64,000 bases of DNA from Haliotis rufescens. Its lineage: Eukaryota. The notes beneath the pieces are model-generated. The model had not been told where the DNA came from, made no database searches, and worked only from the letters and a program-made list of their open reading frames with translations. The stretch is taken from positions 25,420,001 to 25,484,000 of the forward strand of contig NW_025963813.1 in NCBI RefSeq assembly GCF_023055435.1. Reading direction: 5' to 3'. Shown one piece after another: positions 27,477 through 41,100 of the stretch (position 1 is the first letter of the stretch; each line of letters opens with the position of its first letter). Both the position numbers and the translations under genes were made by a program.

Positions 27477-28838
27477 TACGTGTTGTGACGGGTCATGAAC
27501 TCCATATATTACAGCAACCTCACTATTTATAGACCTGACTCATTAATACCAAGGAGTCCATATATATCTTTGTAAAATCTCCTTGTTAATACTGATATCT
27601 GATCATGGTAACAGAAAGAAAAGGAATGATTATGTTAACTGGACCATATGGTGTTATTTCATCAAGTAAAGACAATGCAACACACTTAGGGATTATCTTC
27701 GTGGATTTTTAAAATATTTTGTTTGTATTTTAGATTGTAATCAAGTACTAAATATCCCTGGAATAACAAACGATCAACATATTATTGTAAATCTGGCTGA
27801 CATTTTGACTCCGGAAGTGTTTGACTACGGAAATGAGGTCACTCGGCCACCTGCACCCCCGAACTTGATAAATGCATCAGATAAGTCTATGTAAGGTGTC
27901 CAAGCCTGTGAGATTAATCATTATCAGAGGTTCCAAAGATAACATGAACTGCATGAAGCCAGTTACTTTAGTGGTTATCGTTATAAACTACACGAGCATT
28001 AAGTATATGAGACAATCGGTCGTTATACGTGTGTTTTCAGTTTTAAAAAAGAGGAAATTGTTTGATCGTTTTTGTATCTGAAATTTCAGATTTGGAATAT
28101 CTTTTTTGTTTTGTACTTCTTACAAGTGGGATGATGCATGGAGGCAACATATGCCAACAGACATGAACTTGACAACAAATAACTGTGCCTATATATAAGA
28201 TGGCATCATGTTAATTCCTAATAATTGCTTTCATTACCGTGCACATTTTGGGATATACCGAAAGCATTGTAGGATTACATACTGGCATGGGTGGGAATCC
28301 CAAACCATTTCGTTATGTCATGAAAAGTGGTTAAATGACCGACACGTGCACACGCGGAGCTCGTTATCCAGCATTGGACTGTGTAGCATAATACCGCTCG
28401 TCAACACCTCACGGAGCATGCGCAGTGGCGGTGTCCGGAAAGTCGCTTACACTACTTAGCAGGGGATATCTGTGTATTGCATAACGTAATCAATACAAGA
28501 GGTCGGTGGCCATGGCGACTGCTACCCTCGAGCGCCACAAACACAAATTATGACCGATTGACAGAGGTTGATAATCAGCCATGTAGCAAATCTGTTGGGA
28601 CTTCTGGTCCATGCGGGTATGCGGCTTTGCATGAAGAAGCCATCATTAATGTCCCAGCTCCTGGAAAATAAATCTATATTTCGGTATATGGTCTCTGAAA
28701 ATGCACAACTGGGTTTTCTGATGTGGGCTGGGAACATCAAAAATATATTCCGTACATATTCTGTCCTATATGTTCACCCTGAAACAACTTACAATTATAG
28801 CACAGACCATACACCGATGGAGTCTTCCTACTTGTCCA

Positions 28839-29173
28839 GGAGACCCGTGAAGATCCAGGTTAGAATAGGTCTTCAGAACCCATGCTTGTCGTTTGTTTGT
28901 ATGTTGTTTGACGCTGCACTCAGCAATATTCCATCTATATGACGGCGGTAAATAATCGAGTCCGGACCAGACAGGCGACTATGCTTGAAGTAAGAGGCGA
29001 CTGACGGGATCGGGTGGTCAGGCTCGCTGACTTAGTTGATACATGTTATCGTATCCTAATTGCGTTGATCGATGCTCATGATGTCAGTCACTGGATTGTC
29101 TGGTCCATACTCGGTTATTTACTCGTCATATAGCTGGAATATTGCTGGGTGCGGCGTGAGGCAACAAACAAAC
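28839..29173 (+). mobile_element. V-domain-type SINE containing an inverted copy of its own 3' end
   Basis: gcttgtcg/taagaggcgact core, gggatcgggtggtcaggctcg, (CAAA)n tail. An antisense insert occupies 28892-28972. Confidence 0.85.
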
Positions 29174-29544
29174 TTGTCCAGTACCTATTGTTATAGGTAC
29201 TAATTTACCCAAATACCAGTATATGGTTTCTGCAATTAGTTGTGACAAAATAGATGTTATTAAATCTGGTAAGAACACTCGGGATCAAGCGAAAGACTTT
29301 GGCCATTACATATGTGTGGAAGTAGAATACCCCACATGTACAACTGTTAAATATTCATTAATACATCTTTACACATACAATGTAATTATTAGTTCCCAGC
29401 TTCGTCACATGCATCGTGTAGGAATATGTGTTCTAACTTCAATCGGGAGCTATATCTACATCTATGCATGTCTTTGGTTGGAGAAAGTCAAAAGAGAGTT
29501 GAAAAAAAACCAGGACAGGTTCTCGAGGAGGGTACGAATTTTAC

Positions 29545-30172
29545 AGTGCACTTGACGTGTCAATAAAGGGAACATCACGCTATAGAGCGAACACCGGTGT
29601 GCTTGTCGTGTTAATACAGGGGGACCTCACGCTATAGAGCGAATACTGGTGCACTTGCCGTTGGATTACCGGGGACATCACGCTATAGAGCAAACATTGG
29701 TGCAATTGCCGTGTTAATACAGGGGACGTCACGCTATAGAGCGAACACTGGTGCACTTGACGTGTTAATACGGGGGACGTCACGCTATAGAGCAAACATT
29801 GGTGCAATTGACGTGTTAATACAGGGGACGTCACGCTATAGAGCGAACACTGGTGCACTTGACGTGTTAATACGGGGGACGTCACGCTATAGAGTGAACA
29901 CTGGTGCACTTGACGTGTTAATACGGGGGACGTCACGCTATAGAGCGAACACTGGTGCACTTGACGTGTTAATACGGGGGACGTCACGCTATAGAGCGAA
30001 CAATGGTGCACTTGACGTGTTAAAACGGGGGACGTCACGCTATAGAGCGAACACTGGTGCACTTGACGTGTTAATACGGGGGACGTCACGCTATAGAGCG
30101 AACACTGGTGCACTTGACGCGTTAATACGGGGGACGTCACGCTATAGAGCAAACACTGGTGCACTTGACGTG
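29545..30172. repeat. 51-bp CpG-rich minisatellite (~12 copies)
   Basis: Unit cacttgacgtgttaatacgggggacgtcacgctatagagcgaacactggtg. Confidence 0.97.
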
Positions 30173-31119
30173 AAGTCGGGAGTTGGAACAAATTACCCAT
30201 ACCAGAGCGCGAATGTACTTTTTGTCATCTATCCGATATTGCAGTTGAATACCATTACAATTATTTGATTCCGTATTTAAACTCAGAACGTAAGATATAT
30301 CTACCAACATGTGATTCAGCTAGACCGAATATATATTATTTTTTCAATCTCTCTTTCAATGTACAAAACTCGGAATCATGAAAAACTCAGCAAATTCTGT
30401 AATATTGTCATGAAATATGTTAAATCCTCATGCAAACCCTCTTACGCCATCATGCAATTTGTATTTGTCGTGCGCCGAGTATGTCGGCCTGGGAGCAAAT
30501 AAAGTTATGTTCTTTTATGTCACACAACTGGTTGTTGCTGAGAACACTCAACATTCTGATGCTCATTGGTGTCTTGAAATAATCCCACTCTCACCAACCC
30601 TTATCACATTCAAAGAATTTATTTATAAGAAGGAAGGTGCGTTCCTTTCTTCGTGCGACGAGGCGTTAAATACATGTGAATAACTGCATCTGCATGACTC
30701 GGCGACGAGTGTAGCGACACAAGTGCTTGTAACGTTGTACACGCTGTGTGTCACGTGCTGACCCCGGACAACCTGATATGGTCATAACGTGCTGCCTGGG
30801 TCTCGTCATATAATCTGGAGCAATGTCGTTAATTAGAAATAGCTGATTATATAAGAAAACGTGCGATGCAGCTGATTAGTGCGCTTATGAGTGTTTCACA
30901 TACAACCGACATCGCTAACCCCCCCCCCCCCCCCCCCCCATCTTCCTGTTACAAAGTACAGATTGTTAACAATCAGTTTTAGATAATATGTCGATGAGTC
31001 ACCTGACCCAAATATACAAGCAGGTGAAAACTACATCACAGTATCCATTGAATAGGCCTGCGCCTATATCTCCCTCCTTCAGCCACGAGAGTCACCTTGA
31101 GTACCGGGTCTAGTATCCC

Positions 31120-34100
31120 CCTACACAGGTGTCTCAACAGTCGAGTCATGCTGCTTTATACGTTGTCACCTTGACAACCGGGGCTTGTCTCCTAACACAC
31201 AGGTGTCTCAACAGTCGAGTCATGCTGCTTTATACGTTGTCACCTTGACAACCGGGGCTTGTCTCCTAACACACAGGTGTCTCAACAGTCGAGTCATGCT
31301 GCTTTATACGTTGTCACCTTGACTAAAGGGGCTAGCCTCCTAACACACAGGTGTCTCAACAGTCGAGTCATGCTGCTTTATACGTTGTCACCTTGACAAC
31401 CGGGGCTTGTCTCCTAACACACAGGTGTCTCAACAGTCGAGTCATGCTGCTTTATACGTTGTCACCTTGACAACCGGGGCTTGTCTCCTAACACACAGGT
31501 GTCTCAACAGTCGAGTCATGCTGCTTTATACGTTGTCACTTTGACTACAGGGGCTTGTCTCCTAACACACAGGTGTCTCAACAGTCGAGTCATGCTGCTT
31601 TATACGTTGTCACCTTGACAACCGGGGCTTGTCTCCTAACACACAGGTGTCTCAACAGTCGAGTCATGCTGCTTTATACGTTGTCACCTTGACTAAAGGG
31701 GCTAGCCTCCTAACACACAGGTGTCTCAACAGTCGAGTCATGCTGCTTTATACGTTGTCACCTTGACAACCGGGGCTTGTCTCCTAACACACAGGTGTCT
31801 CAACAGTCGAGTCATGCTGCTTTATACGTTGTCACCTTGACAACCGGGGCTTGTCTCCTAACACACAGGTGTCTCAACAGTCGAGTCATGCTGCTTTATA
31901 CGTTGTCACCTTGACTAAAGGGGCTAGCCTCCTAACACACAGGTGTCTCAACAGTCGAGTCATGCTGCTTTATACGTTGTCACCTTGACAACCGGGGCTT
32001 GTCTCCTAACACACAGGTGTCTCAACAGTCGAGTCATGCTGCTTTATACGTTGTCACCTTGACAACCGGGGCTTGTCTCCTAACACACAGGTGTCTCAAC
32101 AGTCGAGTCATGCTGCTTTATACGTTGTCACTTTGACTACAGGGGCTTGTCTCCTAACACACAGGTGTCTCAACAGTCGAGTCATGCTGCTTTATACGTT
32201 GTCACCTTGACAACCGGGGCTTGTCTCCTAACACACAGGTGTCTCAACAGTCGAGTCATGCTGCTTTATACGTTGTAACAATGACTACAGGGGCTAGTCT
32301 CCTAACACACAGGTGTCTCAACAGTCGAGTCATGCTGCTTTATACGTTGTCACCTTGACTAAAGGGGCTAGTCTCCTAACACACAGGTGTCTCAACAGTC
32401 GAGTCATGCTTCTTCATACGTCACCTTGACTACAGGGGCTAGTCTCCTAACACACAGGTGTCTCAACAGTCGAGTCATGCTGCTTTATACGTTGTCACCT
32501 TGACAACCGGGGCTAGTCTCCTAACACACAGGTGTCTCAACAGTCGAGTCATGCTGCTTTATACGTCACCTTGACTACAGGGGCTTGTCTCCTAACACAC
32601 AGGTGTCTCAACAGTCGAGTCATGCTGCTTTATACGTTGTCACCTTGACTACAGGGGCTAGTCTCCTAACACACAGGTGTCTCAACAGTCGAGTCATGCT
32701 TCTTCATACGTCACCTTGACTACAGCGGCTAGTCTCCTAACACACAGGTGTCTCAACAGTCGAGTCATGCTGCTTTATACGTTGTCACCTTGACTACAGC
32801 GGCTAGTCTCCTAACACACAGGTGTCTCAACAGTCGAGTCATGCTGCTTTATACGTTGTCACGTTGACTACAGGGGCTAGTCTCCTAACACACAGGTGTC
32901 TCAACAGTCGAGTCATGCTGCTTTATACGTCACCTTGACTACAGCGGCTAGTCTCCTAACACACAGGTGTCTCAACAGTCGAGTCATGCTGCTTTATACG
33001 TTGTAACATTGACTACAGGGGCTAGTCTCCTAACACACAGGTGTCTCAACAGTCGAGTCATGCTTCTTCATACGTCACCTTGACTACAGCGGCTAGTCTC
33101 CTAACACACAGGTGTCTCAACAGTCGAGTCATGCTGCTTTATACGTTGTCACCTTGACTACAGGGGCTAGTCTCCTAACACACAGGTGTCTCAACAGTCG
33201 AGTCATGCTTCTTCATACGTCACCTTGACTACAGCGGCTAGTCTCCTAACACACAGGTGTCTCAACAGTCGAGTCATGCTGCTTTATACGTTGTAACATT
33301 GACTACAGGGGCTAGTCTCCTAACACACAGGTGTCTCAACAGTCGAGTCATGCTTCTTCATACGTCACCTTGACTACAGCGGCTAGTCTCCTAACACACA
33401 GGTGTCTCAACAGTCGAGTCATGCTGCTTTATACGTTGTCACCTTGACTACAGGGGCTAGTCTCCTAACACACAGGTGTCTCAACAGTCGAGTCATGCTT
33501 CTTCATACGTCACCTTGACTACAGGGGCTAGTCTCCTAACACACAGGTGTCTCAACAGTCGAGTCATGCTGCTTTATACGTTGTCACCTTGACTACAGGG
33601 GCTAGTCTCCTAACACACAGGTGTCTCAACAGTCGAGTCATGCTGCTTTATACGTTGTCACCTTGACTACAGGGGCTAGTCTCCTAACACACAGGTGTCT
33701 CAACAGTCGAGTCATGCTGCTTTATACGTTGTCACCTTGACTACAGGGGCTAGTCTCCTAACACACAGGTGTCTCAACAGTCGAGTCATGCTTCTTCATA
33801 CGTCACCTTGACTACAGCGGCTAGTCTCCTAACACACAGGTGTCTCAACAGTCGAGTCATGCTGCTTTATACGTTGTAACATTGACTACAGGGGCTAGTC
33901 TCCTAACACACAGGTGTCTCAACAGTCGAGTCATGCTTCTTCATACGTCACCTTGACTACAGGGGCTAGTCTCCTAACACACAGGTGTCTCAACAGTCGA
34001 GTCATGCTGCTTTATACGTTGTCACCTTGACTACAGGGGCTAGTCTCCTAACACACAGGTGTCTCAACAGTCGAGTCATGCTGCTTTATACGTTGTCACC

Positions 34101-34190
34101 TTGACTACAGGGGCTAGTCTCCTAACACACAGGTGTCTCAACAGTCGAGTCATGCTTCTTCATACGTCACCTTGACTACAGCGGCTAGTC
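31120..34190. repeat. 74/71-bp minisatellite (~42 copies) with higher-order structure
   Basis: Unit cctaacacacaggtgtctcaacagtcgagtcatgctgctttatacgttgtcaccttgacaaccggggcttgtct. Confidence 0.97.
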
Positions 34191-34650
34191 TGTCTCACAG
34201 ATAACGTATGTAATATATTTGTCTGCATATCTGTCCATATGTATGTTACAGGTGTTTCTTGAAGAGGTCATACAAAAGTGATAATATGAAACGTGAACAT
34301 AATAATAATACCAATGACGACGATGGCAACAATACGAATATAAGGCGTCATCTGTTTATGGTGTGCAAGACACCTGGTGTCAGTGGTCTATGCCCAAAGC
34401 AGCACATTTGTGTCCCGGCCAAGGGATCAGTGTGCCTTCAGACTGCAGGCTCAGCGCTCAGGGCTAACGCTGTTGGTGAAGCTCGGGACTTGCGTCAGCA
34501 CGCGAGGCCTTGGGCTCAAAATTGAAGTCCACCAGTTCACATTGTGACCCATATGAACGTGATTACCCATTGACCCCACTGTTTAAATGGTAGCATAATG
34601 CAGTTAAAAAGGAAAACGCCATGCATTGCATCAGCTCACAAATCTTATAG

Positions 34651-34806
34651 ATGACATTCGCGGAACTGAAGACAATTACACGGCATATTTTCTTCTCAAC
34701 CATGCTGAAGTTGAAAAAAGTGCAGAACCATCCTCATGCCGTGAAGCCATTGTATCGGAAAGAGGACACATAACAGTGGGCCGACTGCCGGTGAAGATGG
34801 GTACAG
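34651..34806 (+). other. Orphan exon-like segment (156 nt, phase 1-1, open frame)
   Basis: cttatag|AT...ACAG|GTTATG; translation DDIRGTEDNYTAYFLLNHAEVEKS...VKMGT. No partner exons identified. Confidence 0.3.
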
Positions 34807-35567
34807 GTTATGTCTCAGACAGGGTATACGCATCACAGTGGGGCGACTGCCGGTGAAGATGGGTACAGGTATGTCTCAGACAGGGTATACGCATCACAGT
34901 GGGGTGACTGCCCTTGAAGATGGGTACAGGTATGTCTCAGACAGGGTATACGCATCACAGTGGGGTGACTGCCCTTGAAGATGGGTACAGGTATGTCTCA
35001 GGCAGGGCATACGCATCACAGTAGGACGACTGCCCTTGAAGATGAGTACAGGTATGTCTCAGGCAGGGTATACGCATCACAGTGGGGCGGCTGCCCTTGA
35101 AGATGGGTACAGGTATGTCTCAGACAGGGTATACGCATCACAGTGGGGCGACTGCCCTTGAAGATGGGTACAGGTATGTCTCAGACAGGGTATACGCATC
35201 ACAGTGGGGCGACTGCCCTTGAAGATGGGTACAGGTAAGTCTCAGACAGTGTATACGCATCACAGTGGGGCGACTGCCCTTGAAGATGAGTACAGGTATG
35301 TCACAGACAGGGTAAACGCATCACAGTGGGGCGACTGCCCTTGAAGATGGGTACAGGTATGTCTCAGACAGGGTATACGCATCACAGTTGGGCGACTGCC
35401 CTTGAAGATGGGTACAGGTATGTCTCAGACAGGGTATACGCATCACAGTGGGACGACTGCCCTTGAAGATGGGTACAGGTAAGTCTCGGACAGGGTATAC
35501 GCATCACAGTGGGGCGACTGCCGGTGAAGATGGGTACAGGTATGTCTCAGACAGGTTATACGCATCA
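34772..35567 (+). repeat. 61-bp minisatellite (~13 copies), each unit with a CAG|GTATGT-type donor
   Basis: Unit catcacagtggggcgactgcccttgaagatgggtacaggtatgtctcagacagggtatacg. Confidence 0.95.
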
Positions 35568-35689
35568 GGGTATACGATTGTGTGGTACGAACTCAATTAT
35601 TTACAGTCCGCCGTCACACACACACATATATATATACACACGCACAAACACGCACACACACAATACTATTGTGCAAAAAACATAACTCG

Positions 35690-35960
35690 CCTTGGTATTA
35701 CCACGAATCCCAACGTCATTGTGAAACTACGATCTATCTCCTCGATACATTTACGAATCCCAACGCTATTGTGCAACTAGCACCTCTCAAAATGTTACAA
35801 CCACGAATCCCAAAACTATTTGACAACCAACAATCCTCGTATTGGTACTGCCACGAATCCCAAAGCTTGTGTGCAGCCTCTGTCTTGGTAATTCCAAGAA
35901 TACCAACATTTCTGTGTCGCCTGAATCCTTAACATTCGTGTAACCACGAATCCCTTTACT
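35690..35960. repeat. Degenerate tandem repeat with ccacgaatccc core
   Basis: The core recurs about 5-6 times at ~50-bp spacing. Confidence 0.65.
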
Positions 35961-37839
35961 AATAGGCAACCAGTAATTGGCGATATGTTGCATTGTATAG
36001 TTAAGTATATATAACTTAATCCAAATAACAGCCACATAAGTTCGTTCATAGTGACCTATCCGACAAAGACTCACGGACTAGATACAGAGAAGATACTCAA
36101 CATTCGTCCGATTCCTGGATGTGTTGCAGGGCAAGTTGGCATGTTGTGTGGGTAACATAGAAATCCACTGAACCAATCCAGGATATGGATGCGTGGCGGC
36201 TGCAGCAGGTGCCACATTCACACCATCTTTAATACTGTCCGTATGAAATAAGATAGTTGGATGGTTATTTTAAAAGATAGCCAAGGTAATATATTTGTTT
36301 AAATTCCTACCATGACTTTTGAAAATGCTCGCTTCCGGTCTCCGATCGATACAGCGTACTTCCGGATTCATTGTATGGTGTATGTCCTTTAAACCCGAGT
36401 GAGGAAATATATCGGGTTAATCATTATTACCACTCATAGTCTTCCTCTTTGTCAGATTAAAACATAAAGGAACTATATAATTCCTCTACAATAATTAAAA
36501 GGAAATTAATATATTGTTTCATAATTAGCACCGTAGACAAGCTACCTGCACATAGAGACCTGATGTCTCTCCTAGTCCAATATACCTAAACCTATGTATA
36601 CTTGGTGACTTAAGGTTCGTGTTTTTCAATATCAATGTGATATCACTATACGCCAGTGCATTTGAACATGTAGACGAAATATAGAGTGACTATGTCTATG
36701 CTCTCAACAAGTGCAGGTCGCTTCAGTTAACGTAAAACACGGAACGGTACTGTAAGACTTTTCTAGGATGTTCTTGAATCGGGTACACAATTCCTCCTGT
36801 GAAGGAAGAACACTGCGTATGGAGAGAACGGGGCGGGGAGGTTGGGGAAGGGAGGATGAGGTTACGGTTGACAAAGAAAGTTGAGGTGAAGGGAGGGAGG
36901 TTGCCTTCGCCGTCTGCGATATACACATTACTATACATTGTGTGTATAGTTACCACATTGGGTTTGCAAACGTCATACAGTTGAGCATGCACAGCCTTAT
37001 TTGTCAGAAAACTTCCATCTAAACAAACGCTTCGTGAATATAGAGATATTATTTTATGATTTTTAAATGTAGCCTCAACGATATAATATGAGTCTAATAT
37101 CACACACGCACACGCGCGCACGCACGCACGCACACACACACACACACACACACACGCGTCAGGCCCAAGTATTCAGAAAACTGTACATAAGCATTACGGC
37201 ACCTCTACACGAGGATGTATTGCATGTTTAACAATTAAGTCAGGGCGTGGCACTTAAAACTTAAACACGCCAATAAACACACATGGAAGATATCTGTCCT
37301 GTACAGCCAAGTTAGTTAGGAGAAGATCGATGTTATATTATAATCCAGCAGACAACAAGATATAACGCTTAATCTGTTCATAGGATATCACTTGTTTGTG
37401 TATATAAACAAAGTTTGACATCACAGACGCTATATTGGTGTATGATCTTGAAAATAATACCCGATACTCTTGAAATCTTGCAACCAGCAGTAAGTTGGGA
37501 CGTCGCTTCGCATTACCAGGTAGTCTATATAAGACTTACATTGACACCCTGGCTAAATCGTAAATGTACGTAACATATGAGTCCTCTTTACACAAATTTC
37601 CACATCAATATTCTGTGCTCTGGTTAATCATAGTATACTTCAAGTGATTCGGAATTCTGCATTACAAATAGGAGCATAAGTAATACAATACAAGAAACAG
37701 GAGATTGTGTTACTCTGACTCAGTGTCTGATATCGATGAAGAATTGTTATGACGATGAAGCCATCATTACAGTAGAAAGAATGTTATGCTGGAGGGTTAC
37801 AAATTTGCTGCGACACCGCCAAGAGACATTATCTCCCTT

Positions 37840-38126
37840 GCAAATAGATGGCGCTATTATACCAGGAAGTGCGTCGATCACGAACCAGCCGGCTGTCCCT
37901 CGTCATGCCTGACTCATTTCCGTTTATCATACATCTAGGTCCTGGCAACTGGGCTTCCCGGTACGATATTGGGCGAGTTTGAATTACGAAGCACACCGAC
38001 AACGTACAACAGTGCGCTACGCGTCGCACAAATAGGGGTGTGTACACAACTTGTCATTAGAGTTACACATACTGTCAGTTGTTAGTGAACGAGAACCAAA
38101 GAGAGCACTGATTCTATCCCAACATT
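37840..38126 (+). promoter_or_regulatory. Candidate promoter and non-coding exon 1 of the SLC35C1-like gene
   Basis: CpG-rich stretch with AGATGGCG (YY1-like) and CAGGAAGTG (ETS). Donor ATT|GTAAGC at 38126/38127. The coding exon at 44501 starts with an acceptor. Confidence 0.5.
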
Positions 38127-41100
38127 GTAAGCATGGTTTAGGCCTATGATATCAACAACATATCTAGATCTATTATTCTTGAAACTTTTGAAGGCGTCAT
38201 ATTTTTTTTATCTCCGACCAATAGATACAGCAGACGTGTACACGGGTCCTTTTGTCGTTGCTTAATATTTCTTGATCTATTAATATCACGAGTATCAGAA
38301 ATGCGCTATCCTGTTGAAACTGTACATTGTAAAGATCTGTAGGATAGACCTAGGCCGATTGAATTTATCGATCTAGAAATAAAGGCCTCATTCCTGTACT
38401 CTCAAGTGCATGGTAAATTGTGAAATTCACAAGTTTGGTTGACCTCTGGTACAAGAAGATCTAATAGATCTTGATTGAGTCTGTTGAAAATTGGATACAG
38501 CTCGTGTAGCTTTCCTGTTTTCATCTTCAAGCACCTAGGCAGTGAAGCCATAGTAATATTTCCCAAAACTTACAAAGACCTGAACATAGTCTTCAAACCC
38601 CTAAATAAACAACTGTGTTCAACATATTATATGTAAAGTAATGATCCACTTGTACCAGCTTTACATTTTACTCTTTGCATTTGCAAAGTAGGAACATTAA
38701 TTTCAGATATAGATATCTATTCAGTTGTTATAGATCCATTTATATGTTTATCCATAAGGCGACATGGTTATTGGATATGCTGATTTGCCCATATAACCTG
38801 GTAACTTCCAACTTGTGAATAGAAAGTGCATAGTATGCAAGTTAACTGGGTAGGTTGTTTAGTTCATGGAGTTGGGTCCTCAGACATATATATGCATACC
38901 CTCAATCTTTGTTTGCCCCTAAGCTTGTTTAGTAAATAGAATCAATTCATGTGAAACATATGTGCTGAAATGCTGTATATTAGAAGAAAATACACATTAA
39001 AAAATTGATGGGGAGGTCCTGGGGTGCTTGAGGTCTTCTCCAGCACTATTGAAAGGTAGGGCAGGGGCCAAACTACCGTTGTAGCGGAAAAGCAGTTGCT
39101 TACACCTAAATAAAACCCACATTTTTTTAAAATAAGTAAACCTCAAATTACCATCTATGCAGTAAATTATTTATTCAAATTCTACACAGCCAGTCATGAT
39201 ATTTATTGCCTAAGTTGAAAATTGGAGTCTTTACTCACATGAGGATTTTAGTGGTAGATGTGATGTAAGCAAGCCACGCTCTCACAATTATTTTCATTTT
39301 AATAATAGGCCGGCTCGCCTTAAGATATAAGAAAATAAATATCCATCACATACTACGATGAAGGAGATGTAAAAAGTAATATTATTGATTCGTTTTCAAC
39401 ATGTTTTATGTCCAAATTTCATTTGTCATCATAGATGTTTCTTGAATGAAAGTCGAAATATGTAGCTTAAACGCATATAATTAATTATATATATAATTAC
39501 AAATAAAAAAAATTATGATATAACAATACCCAAATCTAACATGAACAGCCCCCAAATGCAGGAAATAGCGTTAAAGAGCATCTAATTTTTTTTAAATTCT
39601 TGGTAAGCAAGCCCTTGAACCCTCCCGAATGGGTATGCTTATGCTTAAAATCAGCTTAGTCGCGCCCCTGTAGAGACCCCTAAATCTTAATCATTAAACA
39701 TTAGGGTTATGACAAGGAGCCCTTGACTTTCAAGCTTAATTTTGAACACTGAAATACATATCTCTAGCAGGCTCCAGATACAATGTAATTGCTTTCCTTA
39801 GTATTTACTTACATGTTTTCATTAACTTAAGTTTTAATTTTGTTTGGGTATTCTATATAGTTGTACACCCTTTGGTCCAGTTGGTTAGGTATTTTGTGCC
39901 AATGTGAGAACTTCTTTAAATGCCTATAGAAGTTGGTATGATGAGCAAGGGAGATAGTTCTAGGGATATACAACTTCTTTATTACAATGAATGCAGTTCA
40001 ATGAGGCAACCTTTGTCAAGCATAATTCTACTTAAATCACTGTTTCAGGTGACTTCTAATGTGTGTCTGTCCATGTGATGCCTCATGTGTCATATATTGC
40101 AGAAGCTCACAGCAGTGTTACATGTCTGAAGTTACAATAAGCAAGACAGCACGTTCTTGCAATATTCACTGCAGTAGAGTTCATGTAAATGTAGTGCCTG
40201 CATTTGATCAGTAAATAAAGGTCTGTAAGGACATATTGCTACATTGGGTAATATGCAGTGTCATACTATTTGGTTTTTAGGGTTTTTTTCATACTTATTT
40301 GTATGCAAGCAAATCAAAATTAATTGAGTTTTGGTGTAATGTTGTATGTGACCTTCACAAATATGCAGTTTATTTTTTGTTGAAAGTTATGGATTTTCAT
40401 GATTTCTGGACAAGCTTGTGAAATACATCAGTGCAGGAAGCTATCCAACAAACAATTACACAATTATCAAAAAAAAGATTACTATTTGCCCAAAGGATAC
40501 TTTCAAAATAGGTTGATGCCTTCAGGCAAATGCTTGATGCTGGTGTTCTTTTGCAACAAATAATGTGGAATGACACAAAGTTATAAAGTATCCTGAATTA
40601 TTGTGAAACCCATGGATTAAAGGCTATGATAATGAAATGGGCTGTGAGAAAGATTCCTGCACAGTGGTATCATGTGGGCATTGCTTGTAAATGTATTCTG
40701 TTTCAAGTTTAGAGATAACTTACTTACATTTTATACCTTTCCATTTTGATAGGAGACTGATCAATTTCTTCCTTCATTGACAGTCCAAAGACCCTACTTA
40801 GCAATGAATTTTAAGACAGTTTTTTTCATTTATGATTGTGTTTGTTCTTGTTTGGAATGTAATAAGTCAGAGAAAAATCTTTTGTAAACAACAAATGATG
40901 AGTGACACACAACTCGCTGGGGCGACTCATGATGTGTCGGGTACAGTACATTGTTCTGTGGAATTCAGAGTTACTTAACATGTTTAATTTAAAAGGTCAA
41001 GTAGGATATCACATAGGCTAAAACATTATTAAGCACACCAGTCATGTTTGGTGTCTTTGTAGTGAATATGGCCGAGTGCCCTTATCCCTCTAACTTAATC

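Noticed and set aside
31120-34190. CRISPR-like appearance (constant segment plus variable segment)
   Set aside because: The variable parts are point variants of one sequence, not unique spacers. There are no cas genes and the context is eukaryotic.
39062-39670. hAT-like MITE (CAGGGGC...GCCCCTG)
   Set aside because: The TIR is short and no matching 8-bp TSD was found, too weak to list as a feature.
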